Shown here one piece after another: positions 15,518 to 25,057 of a stretch of DNA of 54,838 bases; within the stretch, counting starts at the first letter, position 1; every line of letters starts with the position of its first letter. Source of the stretch: a virus (taxonomy: Duplodnaviria; Heunggongvirae; Uroviricota; Caudoviricetes); IMG/VR virus record IMGVR_UViG_3300044981_000022, positions 64,001 to 118,838 of that record; one strand, given 5' to 3'. The notes beneath the pieces were generated by a model, which saw nothing but the letters and a program-made list of their open reading frames with translations, was not told the origin of the DNA and did not search any database. Position numbers and translations under genes: made by a program.

Positions 15518-16213
15518 ATGGTGATTTGCCAGTATCAGGTTAGTGCAGCGGCTCCAGCAATTGTTACGAACCCAACACTAGCCACATTAACATATTTTGC
15601 AAGCAATCCTCCACAGTCATTGTGGAACTCTGGAGCACAGGGCGTTGCCGCTCCTGTAAGTAGCGCACAGTTAGGCGCTACACCTACAGCATCTAGTGCT
15701 CTAGGTCAGTTACAGCTTTACACAGCATCGGGTACACCCGCAGGAGTTAATTTTGTAGTTGGTGGACAAGGTGAAGGTAAGCTGTTAGGCGGACGCTTCC
15801 GTATCTATGCATCTGGTAGCGCGACAGTTGCATCGGGTACAACTGCAACCGTAACACCAACTATTCAGGTCAATACAGGAACAGTAGCGTCTCCAACTTA
15901 TGTAAGTATCGCGGCTACTGCGTCACCTGCATTTTCATCAGCCCCAAGTTCTTTGGGTTGGTCACTTGCACTCGATCTAGAATTAGACCCTATTACTTTG
16001 TCTATTTATGGATTCCAGAAGCATAGTTATGCATTTTCTTCAGGTCAGGCTGGAAGCGCGGTGGTAGCAGAAGCTGTTATCTCTAACGGTCCGGTTTATA
16101 TTACTTTGGCTAACGCCCAGGGCGCTGCCGGATTCGGATTGGTTTGCGGCGTTAGTTTCGCTAACGTAACAGGCACTGCAAACTTGTTTGAATTCAAGGT
16201 AGTTCAAGACTAA
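15518..16213 (+). CDS. Probable virion structural protein (paralog of 16340)
   Basis: MVICQYQVSAAAPAIV...GRFRIYASG...LFEFKVVQD. Confidence 0.6.
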   Translation: MVICQYQVSAAAPAIVTNPTLATLTYFASNPPQSLWNSGAQGVAAPVSSAQLGATPTASSALGQLQLYTASGTPAGVNFVVGGQGEGKLLGGRFRIYASGSATVASGTTATVTPTIQVNTGTVASPTYVSIAATASPAFSSAPSSLGWSLALDLELDPITLSIYGFQKHSYAFSSGQAGSAVVAEAVISNGPVYITLANAQGAAGFGLVCGVSFANVTGTANLFEFKVVQD

Positions 16214-16339
16214 CAATTAATCTCTAGAAACGCGACGGGATGCAGAGACAGATTGCATCCCTTCGTTTCAGAATCTGTGTAAACCAGAGCTTGTCAGACG
16301 TTATAGCCGTTGACTTATTGTCCAGAATAATGAGGACAT

Positions 16340-16852
16340 ATGGTTATCGCTAGATATGAAATAAGTGCAGCAATGCCTTCGGTCGTAGGCGGGACCGGAA
16401 AAACTATTAAGTACTTCTTTACGCGGCCTACGCAAACTGTATGGAACTTCGGAAAGGTTGGGGTTTATGCTCCTTCTATTCCTCCGCCACAAGAACTATC
16501 AATTCCTTTTGAATTAGTAAATGGGACTCGTTTTGAAATATATGCATCAGGCTATGTGTCAACTCCGGGTCCTGTTGCTTATATCATTCAAGAAAAAGAA
16601 TCTGTTTTAGCTAGTTTGTCAAACATTCCCGGAGAGTCAGATTTACCTTTCCATATTAAATTAGTTCTAGAAGGGAACGGATTGATTCAGGGAACGATCC
16701 AATCCATGTTAGCAGGTGTTTTCGAGCCAGAGAAGGCTATAAAGCCTTTTGCAGTTACATCTTCACTTAGTTTAAAGATAGGTGTAATTTTTGCAGATAG
16801 CGTGGATGAAAATAAGGCCGCGTTAACAGAATTTAAAATTGTTCAACCTTAA
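16340..16852 (+). CDS. Probable virion structural protein (paralog of 15518)
   Basis: MVIARYEISAAMPSVV...GTRFEIYASG...LTEFKIVQP. Confidence 0.6.
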   Translation: MVIARYEISAAMPSVVGGTGKTIKYFFTRPTQTVWNFGKVGVYAPSIPPPQELSIPFELVNGTRFEIYASGYVSTPGPVAYIIQEKESVLASLSNIPGESDLPFHIKLVLEGNGLIQGTIQSMLAGVFEPEKAIKPFAVTSSLSLKIGVIFADSVDENKAALTEFKIVQP

Positions 16853-17102
16853 GGATTATATGAACGGCGATACTTTAGCGGTAATGCAAGCTATTTCAGA
16901 TAGTCGCAATGAGCTTACAAAAGCTATTGGCGATCTACATTCAGAATTTTCTAGTCACAAAGCCAACATAGATGTTCGTGTACAAGCTATTGAGGATGAT
17001 CAGAAATCTGCGAAAGTAAAACAGTATATACATTCTATTGTTGTGTTTTTAGGTAGTGCAATTCACCATGACTTAGGTCAATGGCTTCATTGGAAACTTT
17101 AA
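16839..17102 (+). CDS. Small coiled-coil protein with hydrophobic C-terminus
   Basis: Coiled coil followed by YIHSIVVFLGSAI; lysis/holin-like architecture is possible but unsupported. Confidence 0.5.
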   Translation: MFNLKDYMNGDTLAVMQAISDSRNELTKAIGDLHSEFSSHKANIDVRVQAIEDDQKSAKVKQYIHSIVVFLGSAIHHDLGQWLHWKL

Positions 17103-17104
17103 TT

Positions 17105-17329
17105 ATGCCAGCAGAAAGTCAGAAGCAACAAATAGCGATGGCAATCGCAGAGCATGAGCCGGAGAAGATTAACGCCGATAACAAGGGAATGTTAGATATG
17201 TCTCATCAGCAGCTTCACGATTTTGCGTCTACTCCTCGTAAGCATCTTCCGTATTCGGCGGCGCACAAAGCCCGAAAGAGTGGAGAGAAGCACCCATCGT
17301 ATCCAGAAGTACGTCAGTCCCGAAAATAA
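17105..17329 (+). CDS. DUF3008-like small protein
   Basis: MPAESQKQQIAMAIA...MSHQQLHDFASTPRKHLP matches the MPA.S..QQ.A...MS..QL..FAST family pattern. Confidence 0.6.
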   Translation: MPAESQKQQIAMAIAEHEPEKINADNKGMLDMSHQQLHDFASTPRKHLPYSAAHKARKSGEKHPSYPEVRQSRK

Positions 17330-17481
17330 CAGTTTATTGAGAGGAAGAACTGTTTGACCGGGAGCAGGCAGCGGACCCGAGAATTCATACTCGGATACAG
17401 CAAAACCTGTATCTTCCTAAGCCCGTGTTTTGACGGAGCAGAAGAGCACTCTCGATAATCTCCCGGAATTTTGAGGAAATA

Positions 17482-18093
17482 ATGGCGCACAAATTAGTAG
17501 CGATGTTTATTCGACACGGGGAGACTGCCTTAAATTCAGAAGGAAAATTTCGTGGAAATCTCGATCCTGACCTTAACGAAGACGGTAAACAGCAAGCTAA
17601 GAATTTGATTCCTATTCTAGGAAATAGAGGCATTAATGATGTCTTTACTAGCGGTAAAAAGCGATCCGAACAAACGGCGGCTTTAGCACTACCCGGAAGA
17701 AAACCAAAGATTGTAAAAGATTTTAACTCGCTGGATATTGGGGATTTTGCTGGACAACCTAAAGACGAAGAAAATATGAAAAAGATTATTCATTATCAGG
17801 AAAATCCGGACGAGAAGATTCCTGGCGGTGAAAGTCTTAATGATTTTAGGAAGAGAGTGAACCCTAACATCATGACAGTTATTAAGCGCGGCCAGGAAAA
17901 AGGCCGACCGTCTGTTGCGTTTGTACATAGCTCAGTTATCCATCAGATAGGTCATAGATTACATGGCGATCACAATTATGTCAAGGTAAAACCAGGTGGG
18001 ATTGTCGGAGTATATAAAACTCAGAACGGATACGAAGCAGAACCGATATATAGAAATAGTCACGATGAGCAAGATAAGCATTTGGTAAGTTAA
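17482..18093 (+). CDS. Histidine phosphatase (phosphoglycerate-mutase family)
   Basis: FIRHGETALN...G..QA...TS...RSEQTA...PGGESLNDF..RV...VHSSVI. Confidence 0.9.
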   Translation: MAHKLVAMFIRHGETALNSEGKFRGNLDPDLNEDGKQQAKNLIPILGNRGINDVFTSGKKRSEQTAALALPGRKPKIVKDFNSLDIGDFAGQPKDEENMKKIIHYQENPDEKIPGGESLNDFRKRVNPNIMTVIKRGQEKGRPSVAFVHSSVIHQIGHRLHGDHNYVKVKPGGIVGVYKTQNGYEAEPIYRNSHDEQDKHLVS

Positions 18094-18103
18094 GGAAATT
18101 AAA

Positions 18104-18370
18104 ATGGCAAAGAAAAAGCATCATAAATTTCATTCAACACACATCGAACATCATAAAGATGGTAGTCATACAGTGCATCACATGCATGAAGATGGCAAAG
18201 AACACGATGTAAAACACGGTGTCGGCGCTGAGATGGGCTTAGATGGCGTTCACGATTCTCTTCAAGATCATCTAGGAGCGCCGAATCCAGGCGAAGCGGA
18301 AACCACTCCAGGTGGAGCAGGCGCACCAGGACTTCCCGCAGGTGCGGTACCCGTAACTGCCGGAGCCTAA
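18104..18370 (+). CDS. His-rich hypothetical protein
   Basis: KKKHHKFHSTHIEHHKDGSHTVHHMHEDGKEHDVKHG. Confidence 0.65.
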   Translation: MAKKKHHKFHSTHIEHHKDGSHTVHHMHEDGKEHDVKHGVGAEMGLDGVHDSLQDHLGAPNPGEAETTPGGAGAPGLPAGAVPVTAGA

Positions 18371-18371
18371 G

Positions 18372-18560
18372 ATGGCTGAACACAACACATCACCCTACCG
18401 TGCGCTACATTCGTTACGTCGCGGCGGGCTTCACAAGGCACTAGGTATTAAGCAGTCAGATTCGATACCTGCCGAGAAATTAGAAGTGTCTCCTTCTGAT
18501 TCGGATCATGTTAAGCATATGAAGAATTTTGCAAAAACAATGAAGGGCTTTAAGCACTAA
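18372..18560 (+). CDS. Small hypothetical protein
   Basis: 62-aa ORF tightly packed in the operon. Confidence 0.55.
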   Translation: MAEHNTSPYRALHSLRRGGLHKALGIKQSDSIPAEKLEVSPSDSDHVKHMKNFAKTMKGFKH

Positions 18561-18561
18561 C

Positions 18562-18786
18562 ATGAATATAGATAATGTTTTAGACAGTATCATTAATAAA
18601 TTTCATATCATATTAGCTTCGGCAGCGCAAGCGGCGGTGTTTGTTTACCATTTTAAAACTGGACACGACATAGGGTCCGGCGTACAAAATACTTTATACG
18701 CATATTACGGGTTCTTAGGCGCACACGCATTTACATATCAGAAGTATCCAGATGGCTCGCCAGTACCTCCTGCTCCAGGATCGTAA
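18562..18786 (+). CDS. Small hypothetical protein with hydrophobic segments
   Basis: 74 aa; tight packing; two moderately hydrophobic stretches. Confidence 0.55.
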   Translation: MNIDNVLDSIINKFHIILASAAQAAVFVYHFKTGHDIGSGVQNTLYAYYGFLGAHAFTYQKYPDGSPVPPAPGS

Positions 18787-18787
18787 C

Positions 18788-18961
18788 ATGTTAAATATTA
18801 AGATGCCAGAACCTTCGAAGAATACTTTAGAGCCTATTAAGGCTCCGATGACTTCGGGTGCTCCAATTATAGAAACCGGAATCCCTAAAATAGGCCAAGC
18901 ACCATCGCATGAGTTTTCAAATGCGCCGTATTCAATGGCGCGTCAAAGAATGCTTCAATAA
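18788..18961 (+). CDS. Small hypothetical protein
   Basis: ATG at 18788 directly after the previous stop (in frame with the listed ORF at 18752). Confidence 0.45.
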   Translation: MLNIKMPEPSKNTLEPIKAPMTSGAPIIETGIPKIGQAPSHEFSNAPYSMARQRMLQ

Positions 18962-18978
18962 ATTAACAGAGGTACCCA

Positions 18979-21318
18979 ATGCCATCAGTCAGAAAGAGCC
19001 GTGATAAACAGCATGTTTCAGAAACTAATTTCTTAGGCGAGAGAATCAAGGACCAGTTACCATTTTGGCCCGATTACGTTGAGAAATGGGATCAAGAAGC
19101 AGACGGTAAGAGATTTAGATCAGAAGTTCTTTCTTTGACAGAATTGTGGAATTTGTATTTAGGCTACACCCAAGACTCAGAATTAGATGACAAAGGTAGT
19201 ATAAAAGCCAAGACAATCGCCCCTGTAAACCCTAAAAAGGGATACGGCATAATCCCTATTAGAACCATAGCGTTACCGGGCCGATTCTGTGAACGCGCCG
19301 TTGCTCACAAAGAACATCAACACGGGTATCTTCATTTTCATCAGTGGTTATACGCCCGTGATCAGGCTCGTAAGGATTTGTATTGGTTCGGTAAAGAAGT
19401 CTTTCAAATGGACTTTGTGGAACATGTCCACAGAGTTACCTGCAATCAGTTTGTTCAAAAAGATTTCGATGGCGTATTCGAAGAAGGATACGACCGCAAT
19501 GATTTAAAAGTTGCGTTTAATCGTCAGAGTAGAATTCCTAAGATATGGGTCCCGACCGGAGAGTATGACAACGAATCTTCTATTAAGTACGACGAAAACT
19601 TCAAGATAGAAGACTTAGGTCACTACATTCCCGATCCGAATCACGCAGAGTTAAAAGTTAATTTAGCTCGCACAATGATCTTGCTGGACCCTCGTGGTTT
19701 CTTCAAAACATTTACAAACATTCTAGATACGGTTCAATGGATTATTAATTGTCCCGATGTACGTATTCTTATCATGAGTGGTACGTATAAACTGACTTTA
19801 CAGTTTTTGAGTTTAGCAAAAGGAAAGTTCTATCTTCCGCCAGGAAGAAAGCCAGAGTACTTTCATTTATTATTTCCAGAGTATGTAGACAGAAGCGCAG
19901 ACGGTGATTCTAAGGAACCTTTAGTTGTTTTGAATCGAAAGCACGATTCTCCTGATCCGACTTTGGGAATCATGTCAATTGGTTCTTCGTTGTCTGGTTT
20001 TCACTGCGATGTCCTGAAGTTCGATGATATCGTCACCGATGAAAACTGTAATACAGAAGAAACCCGTCAAAGTTTGTTAGATAAAGCAGACGGTGCGGTC
20101 AATCTTTTGATGCCTTGGGGCTGGCACGACATCATTGGAACTAGATATTTTCCAAATGACTACTACGGCCAAGCCGAAGCTAAGTACAAAGAAAGTCCGG
20201 AAGATTTCAATTTAAAACTTTTTACACGAGCGGCATGGGTAGTTAAACCAGAATTCGAAGAGATCGAGAAGAATAGTTTGTTCGATCTCAAAGAACATAT
20301 GGTTGTCTTGACATTTCCAGAACATAAGACTTGGGCGCTCCTGCGTAAAGATTTATCGAAGAATGAGAAGAGCTTCCGTTGTCAACAATTGAATCAGCCG
20401 GTTTGGGGAAATGAAAAGAGCATTAACTTTGAGAGAATTGTTTTGGAATCACATAGATTCCGAAACGGCGTTCAGATTACTTTACAAGAAGTGTTGTTAG
20501 CAAAACCGGATTATGTTTATGGCGCTATCGATTTAGCTAGAGAAAATAAGGATCAATCGGATTATACCGCGCTGGCTGTTGGCAAGGTGTATCAGTTTGG
20601 ATTATTTCAGAATTTCTTAACCCCTGACGAACTAGCTAGTGCTATTAAGTTAGATGGCGAAGACGAAGGAAAGTGGGTACTTGTCATTCTTGATGTTCAA
20701 TTCGGAAAGTGGTCTCAAACAGAGATCGCTAATCGAATTGCAGCAATGCACAATAAGTGGCAATGTAAGTCTTGGTATGGAGAAGACACCGGCGGTCTAG
20801 CGTTGTTGAAAGAAAAGATCGCTGATGTATCAAAGACTACATACGGATGCTGGCCTTATATCCGATGGGATGTCCCTAGCAACTCAGAAGGTGCTAAGAG
20901 AAATCGTATCAAAGGTCTAGAAACCCTACTCAAAGCCAATAGATTATATTTTCTAACAGACACATGGAACGAAAAGGTCTTCGAGGAACTAGAGAAATAT
21001 AAAGGCCAAAAGAGTACTCGATACTTTAAAGACGATGTTCCCGATGTTCTGTCGCAGTTGACCAAATTTATTCCTAGTTTGGTAACATTATCAAAGAAAG
21101 ATATGGAACAGCAGGCTCTTCAAAAGCAGGCTGAGTACAACGAATACATCCGTAGAGAGATAAAGAGAGTTGTCTTCGGAGATAACTCTGGTGGGTTCGG
21201 AATGAATTCATCACAATATCTTTCGTATGGAATGGAACTACCCGACCAACAATCCGACAATACCCCGATGAGTGATATCGGTAAGAAGATTTTTGGCGGA
21301 AACGGGATAAGAATATAG
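18979..21318 (+). CDS. terL: Terminase large subunit
   Basis: Walker A-like MILLDPRGFFKT, Walker B LKFDDIV, GTRY coupling motif, RNase H-like nuclease (AIDLA...SDYTA...DDVPDVL); lies upstream of the portal. Confidence 0.9.
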   Translation: MPSVRKSRDKQHVSETNFLGERIKDQLPFWPDYVEKWDQEADGKRFRSEVLSLTELWNLYLGYTQDSELDDKGSIKAKTIAPVNPKKGYGIIPIRTIALPGRFCERAVAHKEHQHGYLHFHQWLYARDQARKDLYWFGKEVFQMDFVEHVHRVTCNQFVQKDFDGVFEEGYDRNDLKVAFNRQSRIPKIWVPTGEYDNESSIKYDENFKIEDLGHYIPDPNHAELKVNLARTMILLDPRGFFKTFTNILDTVQWIINCPDVRILIMSGTYKLTLQFLSLAKGKFYLPPGRKPEYFHLLFPEYVDRSADGDSKEPLVVLNRKHDSPDPTLGIMSIGSSLSGFHCDVLKFDDIVTDENCNTEETRQSLLDKADGAVNLLMPWGWHDIIGTRYFPNDYYGQAEAKYKESPEDFNLKLFTRAAWVVKPEFEEIEKNSLFDLKEHMVVLTFPEHKTWALLRKDLSKNEKSFRCQQLNQPVWGNEKSINFERIVLESHRFRNGVQITLQEVLLAKPDYVYGAIDLARENKDQSDYTALAVGKVYQFGLFQNFLTPDELASAIKLDGEDEGKWVLVILDVQFGKWSQTEIANRIAAMHNKWQCKSWYGEDTGGLALLKEKIADVSKTTYGCWPYIRWDVPSNSEGAKRNRIKGLETLLKANRLYFLTDTWNEKVFEELEKYKGQKSTRYFKDDVPDVLSQLTKFIPSLVTLSKKDMEQQALQKQAEYNEYIRREIKRVVFGDNSGGFGMNSSQYLSYGMELPDQQSDNTPMSDIGKKIFGGNGIRI

Positions 21319-21319
21319 A

Positions 21320-23440
21320 ATGAGCGAACCGCTATCACAACACGCCGCTGAGACTTTAGATAAGCTTTCAGTCACACCAGTTGGTGAGATCACCGAAAAA
21401 GAAATGAAGAAGGACCCCGATACCGGGGTTTATATGTTTTCGGACGAGGCTGCGTTAAAGATTGTTCTAGAAGATGCGGCTCGTGCAGATAACTACGCGA
21501 ACATAAATCAGTGGGCAAGCTTATGGACCCAAAGTGATTTGATTTTACAGAGTCCACAAGGTACATCGGCTTTCGATGGCGGAAGCGGGCTACGTGCTAA
21601 TGTTCCTAAGTTTACGTTGTCTAATCATTTAAGCAGCATTGTTCCTAAAGTTGTCGAGGGATTGTTCTACGAAGACCCTCCGTTTCTTCTTCGTCCACGT
21701 CCGGGAACTAAACCGGAAGTCACCCGTGCCAAAACTGCGTTGTTTTCGGCGCAATTATGGGACATGGGATTTCGAAAAGAAATGGAACGCGGAATATTCC
21801 AGATGGCGTTGTTGGGCACAGGAGTATTCAAGTGGGGCTATCTAGAGCACGATGACAAGCTGAAGAAAGCTCGTCGTTTGACAAAGCAAGCGGAGATTCA
21901 GTCAATTGTTCCTGTTCCGCCTATAGATACTGCGGACTCCGACGACTACGAAATTTACACAGATGTCGTAAAGATTAGCCGACCGTGGATTAAGTATACA
22001 GACATCCGTACTGTGTTAGTAGACCCTGGCTGCCGTGTCGGAGACATTCAAGAAGCTAAGTGGGTTGTCTATCGAGATTATGCGACCTACGATGATTTGA
22101 ATGCACTAAGAAACGTACCGGGATACACAATTCCGAGTGAAAATGATTTGCGTTCATTCTTCATGTCGAACACCACAACTCCTGGTGATAATATTACTAT
22201 GATTATCCCAGAAGGTATGCGTGGATTCTTGCAGCATGCTCTTCCGAGAAATTATCGATCATCTACAGATAGTCTACAGAACTCATTAGAGATTCTAGAG
22301 CGTTGGGATAGAGATAAGGTTATTGTTGTTTTGGCTTTCAACGGTCAGAATATTTTGATTCGAAATGAAGCCAATCCATACGGAAAGATTCCGTTCTATA
22401 GTGCAAATTGGCGTGACCTTCCAGATGCATTTTACGGGCAAGGTTTGGGTCAATTAATAGGCGCAGAGCAAATCGTTGAGCAAGGGATAACTAACTTAGC
22501 ACTTGATCTATTAGCATATGGCCTACAGCCAACCGCTGTTCGAAAGAAGGGCTTTAACGTCCCTACTCAGAACACCAGATGGAAGCAGGGTGGAATTATC
22601 GATGTTGATGACGACGTTGATAAGGCATTTAAGTTCCTTCAGATGCCTAATGTTCCGGGTGAAGCCTGGGCATTTATTCAACAGTCTCAGGCAACTGCTG
22701 CGGCTACATCCGGTGCTAACGAGCAGGTTATGCAGGGTGCTGCGTCTCAAGGCATTCGATCAACTGGTATGCGTTCTGCAACCGGAGCTAATTTAGTCGG
22801 TCAAGCCAATGCATCACGTCTAGACGGTCCTAGCGGTCGTTTGATCAATCAGGTTTTCGAACCTTGGTTATATCAGATGGACGAATTAAATAACGAACTT
22901 CTTCCAACGTCAGTTCTACGCCGTGTTCTAGGCGAAGAAATGGGACAGGCGTATATGGGAGATCATATCGACTTTCGTAATGCGAAGTTCGAGTATGAAG
23001 TTCTGGCCGGAGCGCATTTGGGCGCAAAGAAGGAAATGGCCCAGGCGTTACCGACAATAATTCAACTCCTAAATAACCCAACCTTCATGAAGAGTGTAAA
23101 TGACTCTCATTGGCAGTTTGATGCAGTAGCAATTTTCAAAGCATTTACGGACGCGGCTGGTTGGAAGTTCAGTCAAGACTTCTTGGTCAAGATGACTCCG
23201 GATCAGATAAAGCGTTACGAACAGAATTCACCTGCTGCTTTGCAGGCGCAGCAAGCCAAGTCACAGCAAGCAATGGCGCAGCAACAGTTTCAGCAGCAAC
23301 AGCAGTTAGAAGATCAGAAGCAACTCGGAAAGGCTGGAGCAGAAGTTCTTCGCGCAGCTACCGAGCACAGTCTACAATCCGAAGCTACTGGAGAGCCAAG
23401 TAACTCTCCAGAGGCGTTCGGCGCAACAACTACACTTTAA
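21320..23440 (+). CDS. Portal protein (P22-like)
   Basis: 706 aa after terL; LGTGVFKWG, NPYGKIPFY...FYGQG, Q-rich C-terminal barrel-like tail. Confidence 0.85.
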   Translation: MSEPLSQHAAETLDKLSVTPVGEITEKEMKKDPDTGVYMFSDEAALKIVLEDAARADNYANINQWASLWTQSDLILQSPQGTSAFDGGSGLRANVPKFTLSNHLSSIVPKVVEGLFYEDPPFLLRPRPGTKPEVTRAKTALFSAQLWDMGFRKEMERGIFQMALLGTGVFKWGYLEHDDKLKKARRLTKQAEIQSIVPVPPIDTADSDDYEIYTDVVKISRPWIKYTDIRTVLVDPGCRVGDIQEAKWVVYRDYATYDDLNALRNVPGYTIPSENDLRSFFMSNTTTPGDNITMIIPEGMRGFLQHALPRNYRSSTDSLQNSLEILERWDRDKVIVVLAFNGQNILIRNEANPYGKIPFYSANWRDLPDAFYGQGLGQLIGAEQIVEQGITNLALDLLAYGLQPTAVRKKGFNVPTQNTRWKQGGIIDVDDDVDKAFKFLQMPNVPGEAWAFIQQSQATAAATSGANEQVMQGAASQGIRSTGMRSATGANLVGQANASRLDGPSGRLINQVFEPWLYQMDELNNELLPTSVLRRVLGEEMGQAYMGDHIDFRNAKFEYEVLAGAHLGAKKEMAQALPTIIQLLNNPTFMKSVNDSHWQFDAVAIFKAFTDAAGWKFSQDFLVKMTPDQIKRYEQNSPAALQAQQAKSQQAMAQQQFQQQQQLEDQKQLGKAGAEVLRAATEHSLQSEATGEPSNSPEAFGATTTL

Positions 23441-23461
23441 TACAATAAAAAGGATTACCCA

Positions 23462-23794
23462 ATGAAACAGCAGCCTTTGTTAATGGATGAACTGACAGAC
23501 GTTCAGCGTGTGTCGTTAGTATCTCTTATACAGCACCCAGGATGGAAGGTGGTAGAACTTTTTCATACTTCGGCGTGTCAACGCGCAACAGAAGCTGTTA
23601 TCAAGGTGGACCCGGAAGAAGCGAACAGTGAGAAGATAATCTCTGTTCGTCAATTTAAAGCTAGAGAAAGAAATGAATTTTCCGGTCTTATTCTAGGCTC
23701 TGTTCAGTACCACATCGACGTGGTAGCTCAAGGACAGAAGGAAGAGACCGAGAAGGCCCCGACAAATCCAATACTAGGAAACAATAAACAATGA
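23462..23794 (+). CDS. Hypothetical head-module protein
   Basis: Between portal and scaffold; L..L..HPGWK pattern. Confidence 0.6.
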   Translation: MKQQPLLMDELTDVQRVSLVSLIQHPGWKVVELFHTSACQRATEAVIKVDPEEANSEKIISVRQFKARERNEFSGLILGSVQYHIDVVAQGQKEETEKAPTNPILGNNKQ

Positions 23795-25005
23795 CAGATA
23801 CAAAAGTATTAACACCAGAAAATTTAACATATGAAGATGTCAAAGCATGGGATGGGCATACGATGAAACATTATATGTCCGGCCCATTGCGTGAAGCTAT
23901 CTATAGAGTTATCTCAGAGCAGTCTGTGGTTTTAGCGCAGCCATCGCAGCAGGTAGAAGTTGTAGTTCCTCCGCAGCCCACTCCCGAAGAACAAGAGACG
24001 GAGCGTTTGCGTCTAGAAACTGAGCAGCAGGTTCAGGCTGAGACTGAGAGACAGCGTTTAGCCGCAGAGCAAGTTCGTGTTGCGGAAGAACAGCGTATAG
24101 CAACCGAAGCAGCTAGACCAAAGAAGATTGTTCTCGATTATCAAGTGACGAACGAGAAAGGCGAGAAAATCGGTCGCCCAACTCACTTAGAAGCTGCCAA
24201 TCACGAAGAAATGATTGAGAAGATGAAAGAAGCGCATATCCAGGCAACCCGTGCGTTCCATCGTCTGAAAGAACAAAAAGTACAATCAGTTCATGAAGTA
24301 AGGCAAGCTCCTCCAGCACCGGCGCAACAGATGACCGATGCTGAGTTGTTAGCGGCTATAAAAGATTTGAAGTCCGATGATCCGACCAAGGCACTTGAGG
24401 CGCATAGACTTTTGAATAAGGCTGAAGCAGATCGTGTTCAAGCAGAAGCCGATGCTAAAGTAGCAAAAGCGGAAGCGGAAGCTAAAGGCAAACTGGTTAG
24501 TTATCAGTTTTTGATGAATCATCTAACAGATTATAATAATTGTGAAGCAAATAACAAGATGCTCCATCAGTATCTCCAAGAAAATGAATTAGCTTGGACT
24601 GTGGATAACCTTGATATTGCTTTCCATGCTTTAGAAAAAGAACTGGCTCCAGTTGTGGAATCAGTCGTTGTCCCTCCGGCTAATCCGGCTACGGTACAAC
24701 CAGTTATTGCAACACCAGTAGTTCCACCAGCAGCGGCTCCGGTTGTGCAACCAGCGCCTGCTGCCCCGGTTACACCTACGCCTCCGGCTAATCCGGCTCC
24801 GGCGCAGCCGAGACCGGGAGTCAACGGCGGTATCGTCCCTGGACAGAACTCAGCATCACGTCCAAGCGGCGATCCGAAGGGTTTGACTATGGCAGAAATC
24901 CATTCTTGGGACGGTCCGACAATGCGTGCGAAGATGCGTAATCCGCAGCTACGTGCCGAAATCGAACGAGTCGTTGCCGAAGACCAAGCCAGGAAGAGAA
25001 AGTAA
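23791..25005 (+). CDS. Probable capsid scaffolding protein
   Basis: Coiled-coil, E/Q/A- and Pro-rich; directly upstream of the MCP; repeated WDG.TM motif at both ends. Confidence 0.65.
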   Translation: MTDTKVLTPENLTYEDVKAWDGHTMKHYMSGPLREAIYRVISEQSVVLAQPSQQVEVVVPPQPTPEEQETERLRLETEQQVQAETERQRLAAEQVRVAEEQRIATEAARPKKIVLDYQVTNEKGEKIGRPTHLEAANHEEMIEKMKEAHIQATRAFHRLKEQKVQSVHEVRQAPPAPAQQMTDAELLAAIKDLKSDDPTKALEAHRLLNKAEADRVQAEADAKVAKAEAEAKGKLVSYQFLMNHLTDYNNCEANNKMLHQYLQENELAWTVDNLDIAFHALEKELAPVVESVVVPPANPATVQPVIATPVVPPAAAPVVQPAPAAPVTPTPPANPAPAQPRPGVNGGIVPGQNSASRPSGDPKGLTMAEIHSWDGPTMRAKMRNPQLRAEIERVVAEDQARKRK

Positions 25006-25057
25006 GTCGCACCCACAGTAAATTTGTGGAGTAAAGAGCACTAAGGGGTCTACCAAC

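Noticed and set aside
16839-18786. Holin/lysis cassette
   Set aside because: Small hydrophobic ORFs exist but no endolysin or spanin is recognisable nearby; cannot be supported.
18979-21318. Intein or intron in the long terminase
   Set aside because: No C/S-start...HN-C/S/T splice motifs or LAGLIDADG blocks; ATPase and nuclease motifs are normally spaced, and the extra length is N-terminal.
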